The translations under genes and the position numbers were made by a program. From the NCBI GenBank assembly GCA_964583985.1, contig CAZOYD010000074.1:1-15717 (forward strand): a DNA stretch of 15,717 bases, given 5' to 3'. The stretch's first letter is position 1, and every line of letters starts with the position of its first letter. Positions 1-8,538 of the stretch are shown in pieces. Source of the DNA: an uncultured archaeon (GTDB taxonomy: Archaea > Asgardarchaeota > Lokiarchaeia > Sigyniarchaeales > SOKP01). The notes beneath the pieces are model-generated. The model saw nothing but the letters and a program-made list of their open reading frames with translations. It did not search any database and was not told the DNA's origin.

Positions 1-244
1 GACAGTCGAAGACCATTGCAATTATATCTTGTTTATTAATATTAGCATTTTTTATAATCTCATTTGTAGATTTCTTTACAGCATTCCAAAAATCTTCGGG
101 TTCCTGCTCTGCCCAACCTTCATTTGGATAGTAAATAGGATAGGATACTTTTTCATAATGAATTGCATTCAGTTTTAAATCGAAAAGAACTGCTTTATTA
201 CCGGTTGTTCCCAAATCATGCGCTAAAATATATTGATTCACCAT
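1..244 (-). CDS. FGGY-family carbohydrate kinase (xylulokinase-like), N-terminal part; runs off the window edge
   Basis: Hand translation from ATG at 244: MVNQYILAHDLGTTGNKAVLFD...YPIYYPNEGWAEQEPEDFWNAV...IIAMVFDC. DLGTT and GWAEQxPEDFW are FGGY N-domain signatures. Not in the supplied ORF track. Confidence 0.9.
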   Translation of the reverse strand, partial: MVNQYILAHDLGTTGNKAVLFDLKLNAIHYEKVSYPIYYPNEGWAEQEPEDFWNAVKKSTNEIIKNANINKQDIIAMVFDC

Positions 245-444
245 AATACCTTTTCACTTTTTGAAATAACTAATTATTATATTATAATTTCTATAGTATT
301 TTATACCTCTCCTTTTGTCTATTTAAAATATAAAGCCAATATTGAAATGATAATTCGTCGTTTTAAGACGAGTAAATCTGAAATGGTTTAATTCAATAAT
401 TCATTTTCTTTTTATTGAGATATTCATGAATAAAAAAACGTGCT

Positions 445-462
445 AAAAGGATTAATCCTTTT
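445..462. promoter_or_regulatory. Perfect 18-bp palindrome AAAAGGATTAATCCTTTT, candidate transcription-factor site
   Basis: Seen directly, in the divergent intergenic region between the FGGY kinase and the SDR. Function is inferred. Confidence 0.35.
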
Positions 463-468
463 GGATCG

Positions 469-618
469 ATGGATTATAAATATCCTTCTCTATTTACTTT
501 AGTAATGATCGGAGATGTCAGAGAAGTAGATTGTGGAAATCTCACAAAAGTCTCACGATATTCTGGAATAATAGCAGGAATCTTAGGGATGTGGATCCTT
601 ATTGTTATTTATAAATAA
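469..618 (+). CDS. Possible 49-aa peptide with a hydrophobic C-terminus, or a gene remnant
   Basis: Hand translation MDYKYPSLFTLVMIGDVREVDCGNLTKVSRYSGIIAGILGMWILIVIYK. No recognisable family. Confidence 0.25.
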   Translation: MDYKYPSLFTLVMIGDVREVDCGNLTKVSRYSGIIAGILGMWILIVIYK

Positions 619-715
619 ATATCTAATCTGGGGGAATTAAGAATTTTTAGTATTAATTTTCAAATTAAAATTAAAACCAATTAACTTATATACTAAATAG
701 GAATAAGATTAATAT

Positions 716-1570
716 ATGAGTTCCCCCACGAAAATAGTAATTGCAGGCTCCACAGGTCATCTCGGTAAAGCACTTGTAGAAGTAGGTATTAAAAGAGGAT
801 TTCAAATTCGAGCACTTGCTCGTCATCCCGAAGTACTTAATATTTACAAATCTAATAAACTATTTGAAATTACTAAAGCTGATGTGACTCGTCCCGAAGA
901 ATTAACCGGAATCTTAGATGGATTTGAAGCAATAATTACAACAATAGGTATCACTAGGCAAAAAGATAAAGTATCATTCATGGATATAGACTACCAAGCA
1001 AACCTAAATCTTCTGCTCGAAGCAAAAAGAAGTAATGTTAAAAAATTCATATATACCTCAGGTTTTGGGGTGGAACACAACTTAGATATTGCGTTATACT
1101 ACGCAAAACATGAATTTGAAGGTGAACTTAAAAAAGGTGGGATTCCGTACGTTATAATACGACCAACAGGCTTTTTTTCAGACATTCTTGAATTCTTTAA
1201 GATGGCTAAAAAAGGAAGAATAATCTTACTTGGACATGGAAATAATTCTATGAATCCTATTGATCCACTTGATTTAGCCGAATTTTTTTACGATCATATC
1301 GATGATGTGGATAAAATAATTCCTGTTGGTGGACCTGATATAATGAAGATCAATGATATTGCAAAACTGGCTTTTGAAGTTCTTGATATAAAACCTAAAA
1401 TTATTCATCTTCCCTCATTTTTAGTGAAATTATTGCTTGGAATGGTTAGGTTATATTCTTTTAAAACCTATACGGTACTAAAATTTATGAGCCGTTTTAT
1501 GAATGAAGATGTTGTTGCACCAAGTTATGGGAATCATCATTTAGAAGGAATGTTTAAAGCTAATATTTAA
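716..1570 (+). CDS. Atypical SDR / NmrA-like NAD(P)H-binding oxidoreductase
   Basis: N-terminal Rossmann motif IAGSTGHLG, plus ADVT, IDYQANLNLL, YYAK and IIRPTGFF. TATA-like CTTATATA at 685-692 suggests a leaderless mRNA. Confidence 0.85.
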   Translation: MSSPTKIVIAGSTGHLGKALVEVGIKRGFQIRALARHPEVLNIYKSNKLFEITKADVTRPEELTGILDGFEAIITTIGITRQKDKVSFMDIDYQANLNLLLEAKRSNVKKFIYTSGFGVEHNLDIALYYAKHEFEGELKKGGIPYVIIRPTGFFSDILEFFKMAKKGRIILLGHGNNSMNPIDPLDLAEFFYDHIDDVDKIIPVGGPDIMKINDIAKLAFEVLDIKPKIIHLPSFLVKLLLGMVRLYSFKTYTVLKFMSRFMNEDVVAPSYGNHHLEGMFKANI

Positions 1571-1812
1571 TTATGCTAACTCAATTTAAAACAAGTAGGG
1601 TCGAACTTAATATCTTCTACTAAAATACAATCAACCCCATCTATAGTCCATAATTAAGATAATTGAACTCCGCAGCTGATCTAATTACAACTAATTTATA
1701 TGATTCTATAGATTCATTTATCATGGTCAAGAGGAGTATGAGGATGAACTCCTTTCCAATCATAATCATTATATTCATATTAGATATATATGGTAAATAT
1801 GTTAGAATTATA

Positions 1813-2601
1813 TCATAGTATCTTTCGTCTAACTATTTCTTTTATAAAGAAAGTAGCTACAACGTCACTATAAGTCCCAGGACCAAAACCAGCATCATAA
1901 CCTAGTTCCTTTGCTAACTCGTTCGTAATCCTCGACCCTCCGCAAATTAGTATAATTTTTTCGCGTATTCCTTCTGCTTCTAATAATTCAACTAAATTAG
2001 TTAAATTTCCAACGTGTATGTTTTTCTGGGTTACGGTTTGAGAAACTAATAATACATCAGCTTTAAGTTCAATTGCTTTTTTTATAAATTCTTCATTAGA
2101 TACTTGGGATCCCATATTATATGTTTCAATCTTTTCATATCTTTCAAGTCCGTAATGACCAGCAAATCCTTTCCTATTCATTATTGCATCAATTCCAACG
2201 GTATGGGCATCTGTTCCAGTGGTAGCACCTATTACTATCAATTTTCGTTTGATATTTTCCTCAATGTATTGATTTATTTCCTCAATTGTCATTGATTCAA
2301 CTTTTACTGATTTAGCTTTTATTTTAGTTGCATCAACTGAATGAATAAGTTCTCCGTATATAATGAAAAAGGTAAAGTTTTCATCGAGAGATTTGTGGTA
2401 AGCAACTGAAGGGTCTTCTATACCCATTTTTTTAGATAGTTCTATGGCAGCATAAATTGCATTATCCCCATCTTCAATTGGAAGCGTGAAACTGATTTGA
2501 ATTTTCCCATCATTCATTGTATCTCCATAAGGTTTAATTCGAGTTAGATCTAAATTAGTATCGAATTCTTTCTTGTCAGTAGAATATAATCCACCACCCA
2601 T
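1813..2601 (-). CDS. kamE: D-lysine/beta-lysine 5,6-aminomutase beta subunit (AdoCbl- and PLP-binding)
   Basis: Base-off cobalamin motif DAHTVG, PLP-lysine region IMNRKGFAGHYGLERY, N-terminal KPYGDTMNDGKIQISFTLP. The ATG directly abuts the kamD stop (TAAATG). Confidence 0.97.
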   Translation of the reverse strand: MGGGLYSTDKKEFDTNLDLTRIKPYGDTMNDGKIQISFTLPIEDGDNAIYAAIELSKKMGIEDPSVAYHKSLDENFTFFIIYGELIHSVDATKIKAKSVKVESMTIEEINQYIEENIKRKLIVIGATTGTDAHTVGIDAIMNRKGFAGHYGLERYEKIETYNMGSQVSNEEFIKKAIELKADVLLVSQTVTQKNIHVGNLTNLVELLEAEGIREKIILICGGSRITNELAKELGYDAGFGPGTYSDVVATFFIKEIVRRKIL

Positions 2602-4179
2602 TTATTTATCATCTCCTAAATTTAATTCTTGTAACATACAATTCAAAAAGGGATTAAAATATTCTTTATCTATTTTAATTACGCCATCCAATCCTTTCCC
2701 ACCATCAATCGGCCTTTTGATTCCAGCAAAAATACCTTTTTCAATAGTTTTAAAAAGTCCTTCCTTTTCAATTTTTATCAGAAGTTCAAGGGCTTTATTT
2801 AATACATCATTAGCACGTTGTTGCATTATCCCGCCTTCTTTAAATATAATATCATCACCTAAATCTTTCAAATTTTTAAAGATATATTGTGCATTTTCAA
2901 TAGATAATGCTCGATCAGACATAAATGGGGTGTGAATTGCTTCTGTTAACATCCCTAATAAATGAATTCTTTGGTTGGTTAGGATAGTAATGATATTGAA
3001 TAAGGCATCTTGGACATGACCTTTAAAAATATTTCCCGTCATATATTTTGTGGGAGGCATGTATTTTAATGGAGCATTGGGAAAGATTTCACGTGCCATT
3101 TGAGCTTGCGCAAGTTCATAAATAAATCCATTTTCCATATCTGGATCTATTTCAAAAGCATGTCCTAAGCCCATTTGTTCTTCTTTTAGCCCTGCTAATT
3201 TTGCAAACTGCTCATTGATAAACTGTGATGCTAATACTGTATGCGCCGCTTCATAAGCATCATCAGTTGTAAGATAATTATCCTCCCCCGTATTAATTAT
3301 TACTCCAGCAAATGCATTTATCATTCTTGAAAAATATTGATCTATTAAGGTTCTTTGCATATTTATATCCCTAAATAAAATACCGTACAAAGCATCATTT
3401 AACATCATATCTAATCTTTCATAAGCACCCATAGCCGCAATTTCAGGCATGCAAAGTCCCGAACAATAGTTTGTAAGCCTAATATATCTACCTTCTTCTT
3501 CACTGACTTGATCTAAAGCAACCCTCATTAGACGAAAATTTTCTTGCGTTGCATAAGTTCCTCCAAATCCTTCAGTCGTACTACCAAAAGGAACATAATC
3601 TAATAAACTCTGCCCAGTAGATCGTATAACAGCAATAACATCAGCACCTTGTCTTGCAGCTGCTTGAGCTTGGACTATATCTTCAAAAATGTTTCCTGTG
3701 GCAACAATTATGTAAATTAAGGGTTGGGTTTTTTCTCCATATCTTTGAATTAATTTTTCTCTCTTTTGCTTGTTTCGCCTGATTATATCTAAATTTTTCT
3801 GTACAATTGAAGATAATACTTCTTTTATCTCAGATAAGCCCTTTATTGGAATATCCGTGATGTTTAATTGGTTTTGACTGATTTTTTCTGCAATATTTTG
3901 GGGGGATAACTTTGTATGTATAATTGCATTCCCAAGGTATAATGCAACACCCTTCTCTATTTTTCCTGTTTTTTTGACGTGATCAACTACTACATTGGGT
4001 AGTGGAATTCCAAATTCGTCAACACCATCAATTCCTAATAATCGACAGATGGTTCGTTCAATAGTAGTTGTAGTATGGGCATTTATAAATGTTTGAGTAT
4101 CATTAGCAATTACTTTGGCTACATTTCTCGCTTTTTCGACTAATTCAAAATCTAAATTCAGTTTACTTGTTGTTATCAT
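2602..4179 (-). CDS. kamD: D-lysine/beta-lysine 5,6-aminomutase alpha subunit
   Basis: Motifs IVATGNIFEDIVQA, AVIRSTGQSLLDYVP, GFGGTYATQENF, NYCSGLCMPE, KYMPPTKYMTG and GMLTEAIHTP. 525 aa, GAGG Shine-Dalgarno upstream, adjacent to kamE. Confidence 0.97.
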   Translation of the reverse strand: MITTSKLNLDFELVEKARNVAKVIANDTQTFINAHTTTTIERTICRLLGIDGVDEFGIPLPNVVVDHVKKTGKIEKGVALYLGNAIIHTKLSPQNIAEKISQNQLNITDIPIKGLSEIKEVLSSIVQKNLDIIRRNKQKREKLIQRYGEKTQPLIYIIVATGNIFEDIVQAQAAARQGADVIAVIRSTGQSLLDYVPFGSTTEGFGGTYATQENFRLMRVALDQVSEEEGRYIRLTNYCSGLCMPEIAAMGAYERLDMMLNDALYGILFRDINMQRTLIDQYFSRMINAFAGVIINTGEDNYLTTDDAYEAAHTVLASQFINEQFAKLAGLKEEQMGLGHAFEIDPDMENGFIYELAQAQMAREIFPNAPLKYMPPTKYMTGNIFKGHVQDALFNIITILTNQRIHLLGMLTEAIHTPFMSDRALSIENAQYIFKNLKDLGDDIIFKEGGIMQQRANDVLNKALELLIKIEKEGLFKTIEKGIFAGIKRPIDGGKGLDGVIKIDKEYFNPFLNCMLQELNLGDDK

Positions 4180-4253
4180 ATTTGTTGAACCTCAAAAAGA
4201 AATTAACTTTTTTAAAAATTATATATTAGGTAAGAAATCACATAAATTATATT

Positions 4254-5291
4254 TTAGTATTCACTCGGTCCGAGATCATAAATCGGAATAGTAATTCCTT
4301 TTTTTAAATCGTTTAAAAACTTAAATTTGTCAAATTCATATCCTAATGGCGAAGTTGGATTGATCGTAATCAAAATAAGGTTAATTTTATTTAATACCTT
4401 TATTATTCCTCCTTTTTTCAAATACTTCTCATATGGTGATTTGCTTAGAAATAATTTTGTTGTGTCAGGAACTAATAAAGTAATAGTTTTATAAATTTCT
4501 GTTTTTTTCATCAAATCCTCGATGAAATCATCCGTAATAGCTCCGTTAATCACGAGATATTTAGATTTATCATTAAGGCTTTGTAAGATCTCATTGATGG
4601 AATCTAATGCGGTTAATAATTCTAAAAATTTGATAGAATTATCTTCATTAATAATCCCCACTTTTGCTTTGGAAATGATTTCATTAGCCAAATTTATAAT
4701 TTGAGAATTATTTTCGCTTTCTAATGTTAATAAGCTGACAATATGGTGAGTTTCATCAATTACGTCTTGTATCTTTTTAGAAACTGATGCTCCAGTAGAT
4801 AAAATTGTTGCTTGAGAAATCAAGGGAGATGCATAAGAACGCCTATCGAAGGCTCCATCGATCAGTACTAAGGCACAACCCAATTCAAGTAAATTATTAC
4901 ATATCAGTTTTAATTCTGAATTAATGGAAGGTCCTGCAATTTCAACTAATCCACCATTCAAGGCTTTAACAATTTTAATCTCTCCCATTGGTGTATTCAT
5001 CCCAGTTTTTTTAATTATCTCAAATTCAACTTCACTATTTTCTAGACTTTGGGATGCAGTTGCAAAAATAGTCCCTCTCTCGATAAAAATGCGTGGTTTA
5101 GGTAGACTCGTTATAGCATCATATTCTTCCCCATCACGTCCAATAGATGTGAGACCCAACTGAATTCTTCCTTTTAAAAGTTGGATTATATGATTTAAGG
5201 TCGTTGTTTTACTTACATTTTTCGCAAGACCAATAATTGAAATTATCTTGTATTTTTTTATTTCTTCTAATATTAAATCGTTAAAATCCAT
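4254..5291 (-). CDS. kamB: Lysine 5,6-aminomutase reactivase subunit KamB-like protein
   Basis: ISIIGLAKNVSKTTTLN, LTSIGRDGE, VEIAGPS, LIDGAFDRRS, ATILSTGAS and ITINPTSPLGY match the conserved protein found between kamA and kamDE. ATG 5291 is preferred over TTG 5309 on TATA spacing. Confidence 0.85.
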   Translation of the reverse strand: MDFNDLILEEIKKYKIISIIGLAKNVSKTTTLNHIIQLLKGRIQLGLTSIGRDGEEYDAITSLPKPRIFIERGTIFATASQSLENSEVEFEIIKKTGMNTPMGEIKIVKALNGGLVEIAGPSINSELKLICNNLLELGCALVLIDGAFDRRSYASPLISQATILSTGASVSKKIQDVIDETHHIVSLLTLESENNSQIINLANEIISKAKVGIINEDNSIKFLELLTALDSINEILQSLNDKSKYLVINGAITDDFIEDLMKKTEIYKTITLLVPDTTKLFLSKSPYEKYLKKGGIIKVLNKINLILITINPTSPLGYEFDKFKFLNDLKKGITIPIYDLGPSEY

Positions 5292-5442
5292 TCTAAAGGG
5301 GTTTAGCAATCGTTTCTATTTAATATAAGATAAAAAAGAATGTATACAATAATAATTAATTCTAATTGAAATGATTTAAACAGATAAAGTTAAAAATTCT
5401 AATGATAAATTTTATACAACAAATAATCAGTTAGAAAAAATC

Positions 5443-7515
5443 ATGAAAACAATAATTAAGAAGCATATTACTACAGTATTGGTAATCTCGGTTTTGCTGG
5501 TAATACCTTCAATTATCGGAGTAATTCCTAATTCTAATGAAGCCCGAAGAAGGTGGGTAAACGATTTACCTAGTTCATATGAACATTTGAATGATATTGT
5601 TAATGCTACCATCGGATATGAAGGTCGAAAAAATATATATTTGCACGATAGTAATCTAAGTAATGGATTCTATGCTCAGTCCACTCGAGTTTATTTAAAT
5701 ACGTCGGTAAATGAAGATTCCTTTACGGGTTCATTAAACAAGATAAATAACAGACAAGATACTGCAGACTTTGGGATGGCGGGAATATTAAGAACCATGT
5801 ACCTTGATAATGTTACTGAGGTCTTAGACCCAACTTTTAAGCTCCAATTAAAAAATGCGATTCTCAATTTTAAGTACTGGTTTACAGAACCTGGTCCATC
5901 CGATATGATAATGTGGACTGAGAATCACATGATACTCTTTCACTCGTGTGAGTTACTCGCAGGACAACTTTATCCTAATGAAACATTTATAAATTCTGGT
6001 ATGAATGGAACACAACATGTAAATCGTGTTTTACCATTAATTAATAGATGGATTGAATGGAGATCGCGTTATGGTTTTTCGGAATGGCATTCTGATATTT
6101 ATTATGAAGAGGATTTAATGGCCTTACTGAATTTGGTCGAATTTGCTAAAGATAATGATACTGCTACAAAAGCTGCGATGTTAGTAGATCTTTTCGCATT
6201 TGATTTCGCGAACAACTATTTTAAGGGGGCATATGCCACAACGAATGGTCGTACTGAGGATAATAAAAAAGTGGGAACTAGTTTAACTGATCTTCCTTCA
6301 AGAGCTTCTTTTGCAGAAGCAGCATGGATTTTACTTGGAGTCGGATACCACGATCCAAATGCAGGTAGTAGCATGTCAGCAGTAGCCTTATCTACCAGTG
6401 ATAAATACTTACCTCCTCCAATTTTAGAAGCGATTGCTAATGTAACCTTGGATTACAATGAGCATAAAGATAGAAACAGTATCAATATAGCAGATGGACC
6501 AAGTTATGGATTTGGTTACGAATCTGAAGATGATATGATGTTTTGGTGGCCAATGTCAGCAGTTTTTACAGGAGAAACTATTGAACCTTCATTAAATTTA
6601 ACCGAATATTACAACTTGGGATATGATACAGTATTTAATGATGAAATGCTTGTAGATCTAATAAAAGTTGCTGCGGATATTTATGGAATGAGCCTTCCAG
6701 AACTCTGCACGTTTCTGAAAGAAGCTACAGAAGGGGTAGTACTTGAGGAAGTAAATACATATACATACCGTACGCCATATTATCAGCTTTCTGGAGCCCA
6801 AGATCATCAGAAAGGGATGGGTGGATATCAAGAATATATATGGCAAGCTTCTTTAGATGAATATGCTTATATTTTTACTAATTCACAAGGAGGATTTCGT
6901 ATGGAGGATTATGTAGGGGGATTTAATCCTAGAGCAACATTTTATGAAAATGTGGGCGTTATTCAATATGATCGCCTTTCTCAGTCCTTAATCTTAGAAT
7001 TAGTATATCTCCTTTTAGAATTTGAACCGGTAATCCAGACTTATTTTCCTCGTTGGGCATTTGATGAAGTAATTCAACAAGGTAAGTGGATATTTGGAAG
7101 CAGATCGGGTGGTTATGTCGCTTTATATTCTGACGAACCTACATATTGGGAAACAGATTATGAACTTAGATCAGCTGGCAAAACAAATGCTTTTATTGTA
7201 GAACTTGGAAGTGTTGATGATTATGGTACATTCGAAAATTTTACATCTTCGTTATTAGCAACACAAGTAAGTGTTCAACATTTAGCTGTTGGGTATAATA
7301 TAGAATACGTGTCTCCTACTCAAGGTTTAGTAAAAGTAGCATGGAATGGACCTATGACTGTTGCGGGAGTACCTGTTGACTTAGGATCTTATGCTAAATT
7401 TGACAATGATTTCTGTCATCAAGAATTTAACACGTTAAGAACTACAATAGAATATTTGAACATGAAATTAGTGCTAGATTTTGAAAATGCTACGAGGACA
7501 TATACAGAAATATAA
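5443..7515 (+). CDS. Secreted or membrane-anchored hypothetical glycoprotein, 690 aa; possibly heparinase II/III- or polysaccharide-lyase-like fold
   Basis: Basic N-terminus followed by a hydrophobic segment (ITTVLVISVLLVIPSIIGVIP). Conserved-looking motifs WTENHMILFHSCELLAGQLYP and GFSEWHSDIYYEED. Helical N-half, beta-rich C-half, 11 N-x-S/T sequons. The fold assignment is inference. Confidence 0.75.
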   Translation: MKTIIKKHITTVLVISVLLVIPSIIGVIPNSNEARRRWVNDLPSSYEHLNDIVNATIGYEGRKNIYLHDSNLSNGFYAQSTRVYLNTSVNEDSFTGSLNKINNRQDTADFGMAGILRTMYLDNVTEVLDPTFKLQLKNAILNFKYWFTEPGPSDMIMWTENHMILFHSCELLAGQLYPNETFINSGMNGTQHVNRVLPLINRWIEWRSRYGFSEWHSDIYYEEDLMALLNLVEFAKDNDTATKAAMLVDLFAFDFANNYFKGAYATTNGRTEDNKKVGTSLTDLPSRASFAEAAWILLGVGYHDPNAGSSMSAVALSTSDKYLPPPILEAIANVTLDYNEHKDRNSINIADGPSYGFGYESEDDMMFWWPMSAVFTGETIEPSLNLTEYYNLGYDTVFNDEMLVDLIKVAADIYGMSLPELCTFLKEATEGVVLEEVNTYTYRTPYYQLSGAQDHQKGMGGYQEYIWQASLDEYAYIFTNSQGGFRMEDYVGGFNPRATFYENVGVIQYDRLSQSLILELVYLLLEFEPVIQTYFPRWAFDEVIQQGKWIFGSRSGGYVALYSDEPTYWETDYELRSAGKTNAFIVELGSVDDYGTFENFTSSLLATQVSVQHLAVGYNIEYVSPTQGLVKVAWNGPMTVAGVPVDLGSYAKFDNDFCHQEFNTLRTTIEYLNMKLVLDFENATRTYTEI

Positions 7516-7532
7516 TTTAATAGGTGAACAAA

Positions 7533-8402
7533 ATGAATAGAAAAGACTATATCTATGGAATGAAAATTTTTAATTGGATTAAAGGAGGTGTTTTAGCATT
7601 CATCGGAACATTAATATCGCGTTGGGGAATCGGAGTTGGTCGGTTTAATATAAATATCTATTTTGGGATACCCATCTACTTTTTAATCTCGTGTTCAGGA
7701 ATGTTAGTAGCATTAATTCTCAAGATTGAAGAATCACCGAATGAGAGAAAGGCGTTAAAATCTAAAAAGTTAGAAATAAGCAGTGCAGTAATATATGTTA
7801 TAGCATTTATAACATCAATTGTCCATACAATTTACTATAATTTAGAAGTATTGAATGTATTCCTATTAGCTATTATTGGTGTTGTGTGGTTTCTTTCAGT
7901 ATTTTATGGTAGATCGTGGAATAGAAAGACCCTACTTGCTAATATTCTTATAAGTTTATCTTTTTCATTTGGGATAATTTATGGAGCTGCAATTAATAGT
8001 AGTATTATACCATTCTCGATTTTTATATTCTTTGGAGCTATTTTTCTATTGCAATTCTCCAAAGATTTGATAAATGAAAGTAAGAATAAAGAAAAATACA
8101 CCAGAGCAGGTGTTTTCTCTCTTGCCACTATTTTAGGCGTTGAAAGAACTCGGAAGGTTTCATTTATCTTAGATTTGGTAGTTGTACTCTTACTCATCCT
8201 TCCATTCATCCCAGATTTTGTGTATTTACTTAGTATATTGTTTTACATGATTCCAGTCATTATTACCGTCATTTTACTTGGGATAGCTATGTTTTTAACT
8301 TATAAAATGAAAGCTGAAAAAACTTATTATAGAACCATTAAAATTCTATTAAGAATCGGAATGTTCCTCATATTTACAGGTTTAATACTCGCCTATTTTT
8401 AA
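7533..8402 (+). CDS. UbiA-superfamily (DGGGP synthase-like) polytopic membrane protein with degenerate Asp-rich motifs
   Basis: Multiple TM segments. WNRKTLLANILISLSFSFGIIYGAA and FSKDLINESKNKEKYTRAGVFSLATILG align by eye to DGGGPS segments (LKxxPLIGNxxVA...FGG; REIIKDxEDxEGD...G.xTLP..G). The GTG at 7524 is part of a GGTGA SD, so ATG 7533 is the likely start. Confidence 0.7.
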   Translation: MNRKDYIYGMKIFNWIKGGVLAFIGTLISRWGIGVGRFNINIYFGIPIYFLISCSGMLVALILKIEESPNERKALKSKKLEISSAVIYVIAFITSIVHTIYYNLEVLNVFLLAIIGVVWFLSVFYGRSWNRKTLLANILISLSFSFGIIYGAAINSSIIPFSIFIFFGAIFLLQFSKDLINESKNKEKYTRAGVFSLATILGVERTRKVSFILDLVVVLLLILPFIPDFVYLLSILFYMIPVIITVILLGIAMFLTYKMKAEKTYYRTIKILLRIGMFLIFTGLILAYF

Positions 8403-8413
8403 CTTAATAATTA

Positions 8414-8441
8414 TTTTTTATTTTTACTTAACTTTTTTTTT
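8414..8441 (+). terminator. Oligo-T archaeal-type terminator after the UbiA-like gene
   Basis: Several T runs, including a T9 at 8433-8441, just downstream of the stop at 8402. Confidence 0.5.
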
Positions 8442-8538
8442 CTTACATTCCTCTATTGATTAATTATAAAATCACGAAATATTTATTGAGAAATAATTCA
8501 AGAATATTTTATAAATTAACAAATACGAAAGCTACGAA

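Noticed and set aside
2104-5163. Plus-strand ORFs 2104-2295, 2573-2935, 4522-4704 and 4924-5163
   Set aside because: Antisense shadows of kamE, kamD and kamB with no motifs of their own.
5427-8209. Minus-strand ORFs 5427-5612, 6658-6846 and 7979-8209
   Set aside because: Antisense to longer, well-supported plus-strand genes.
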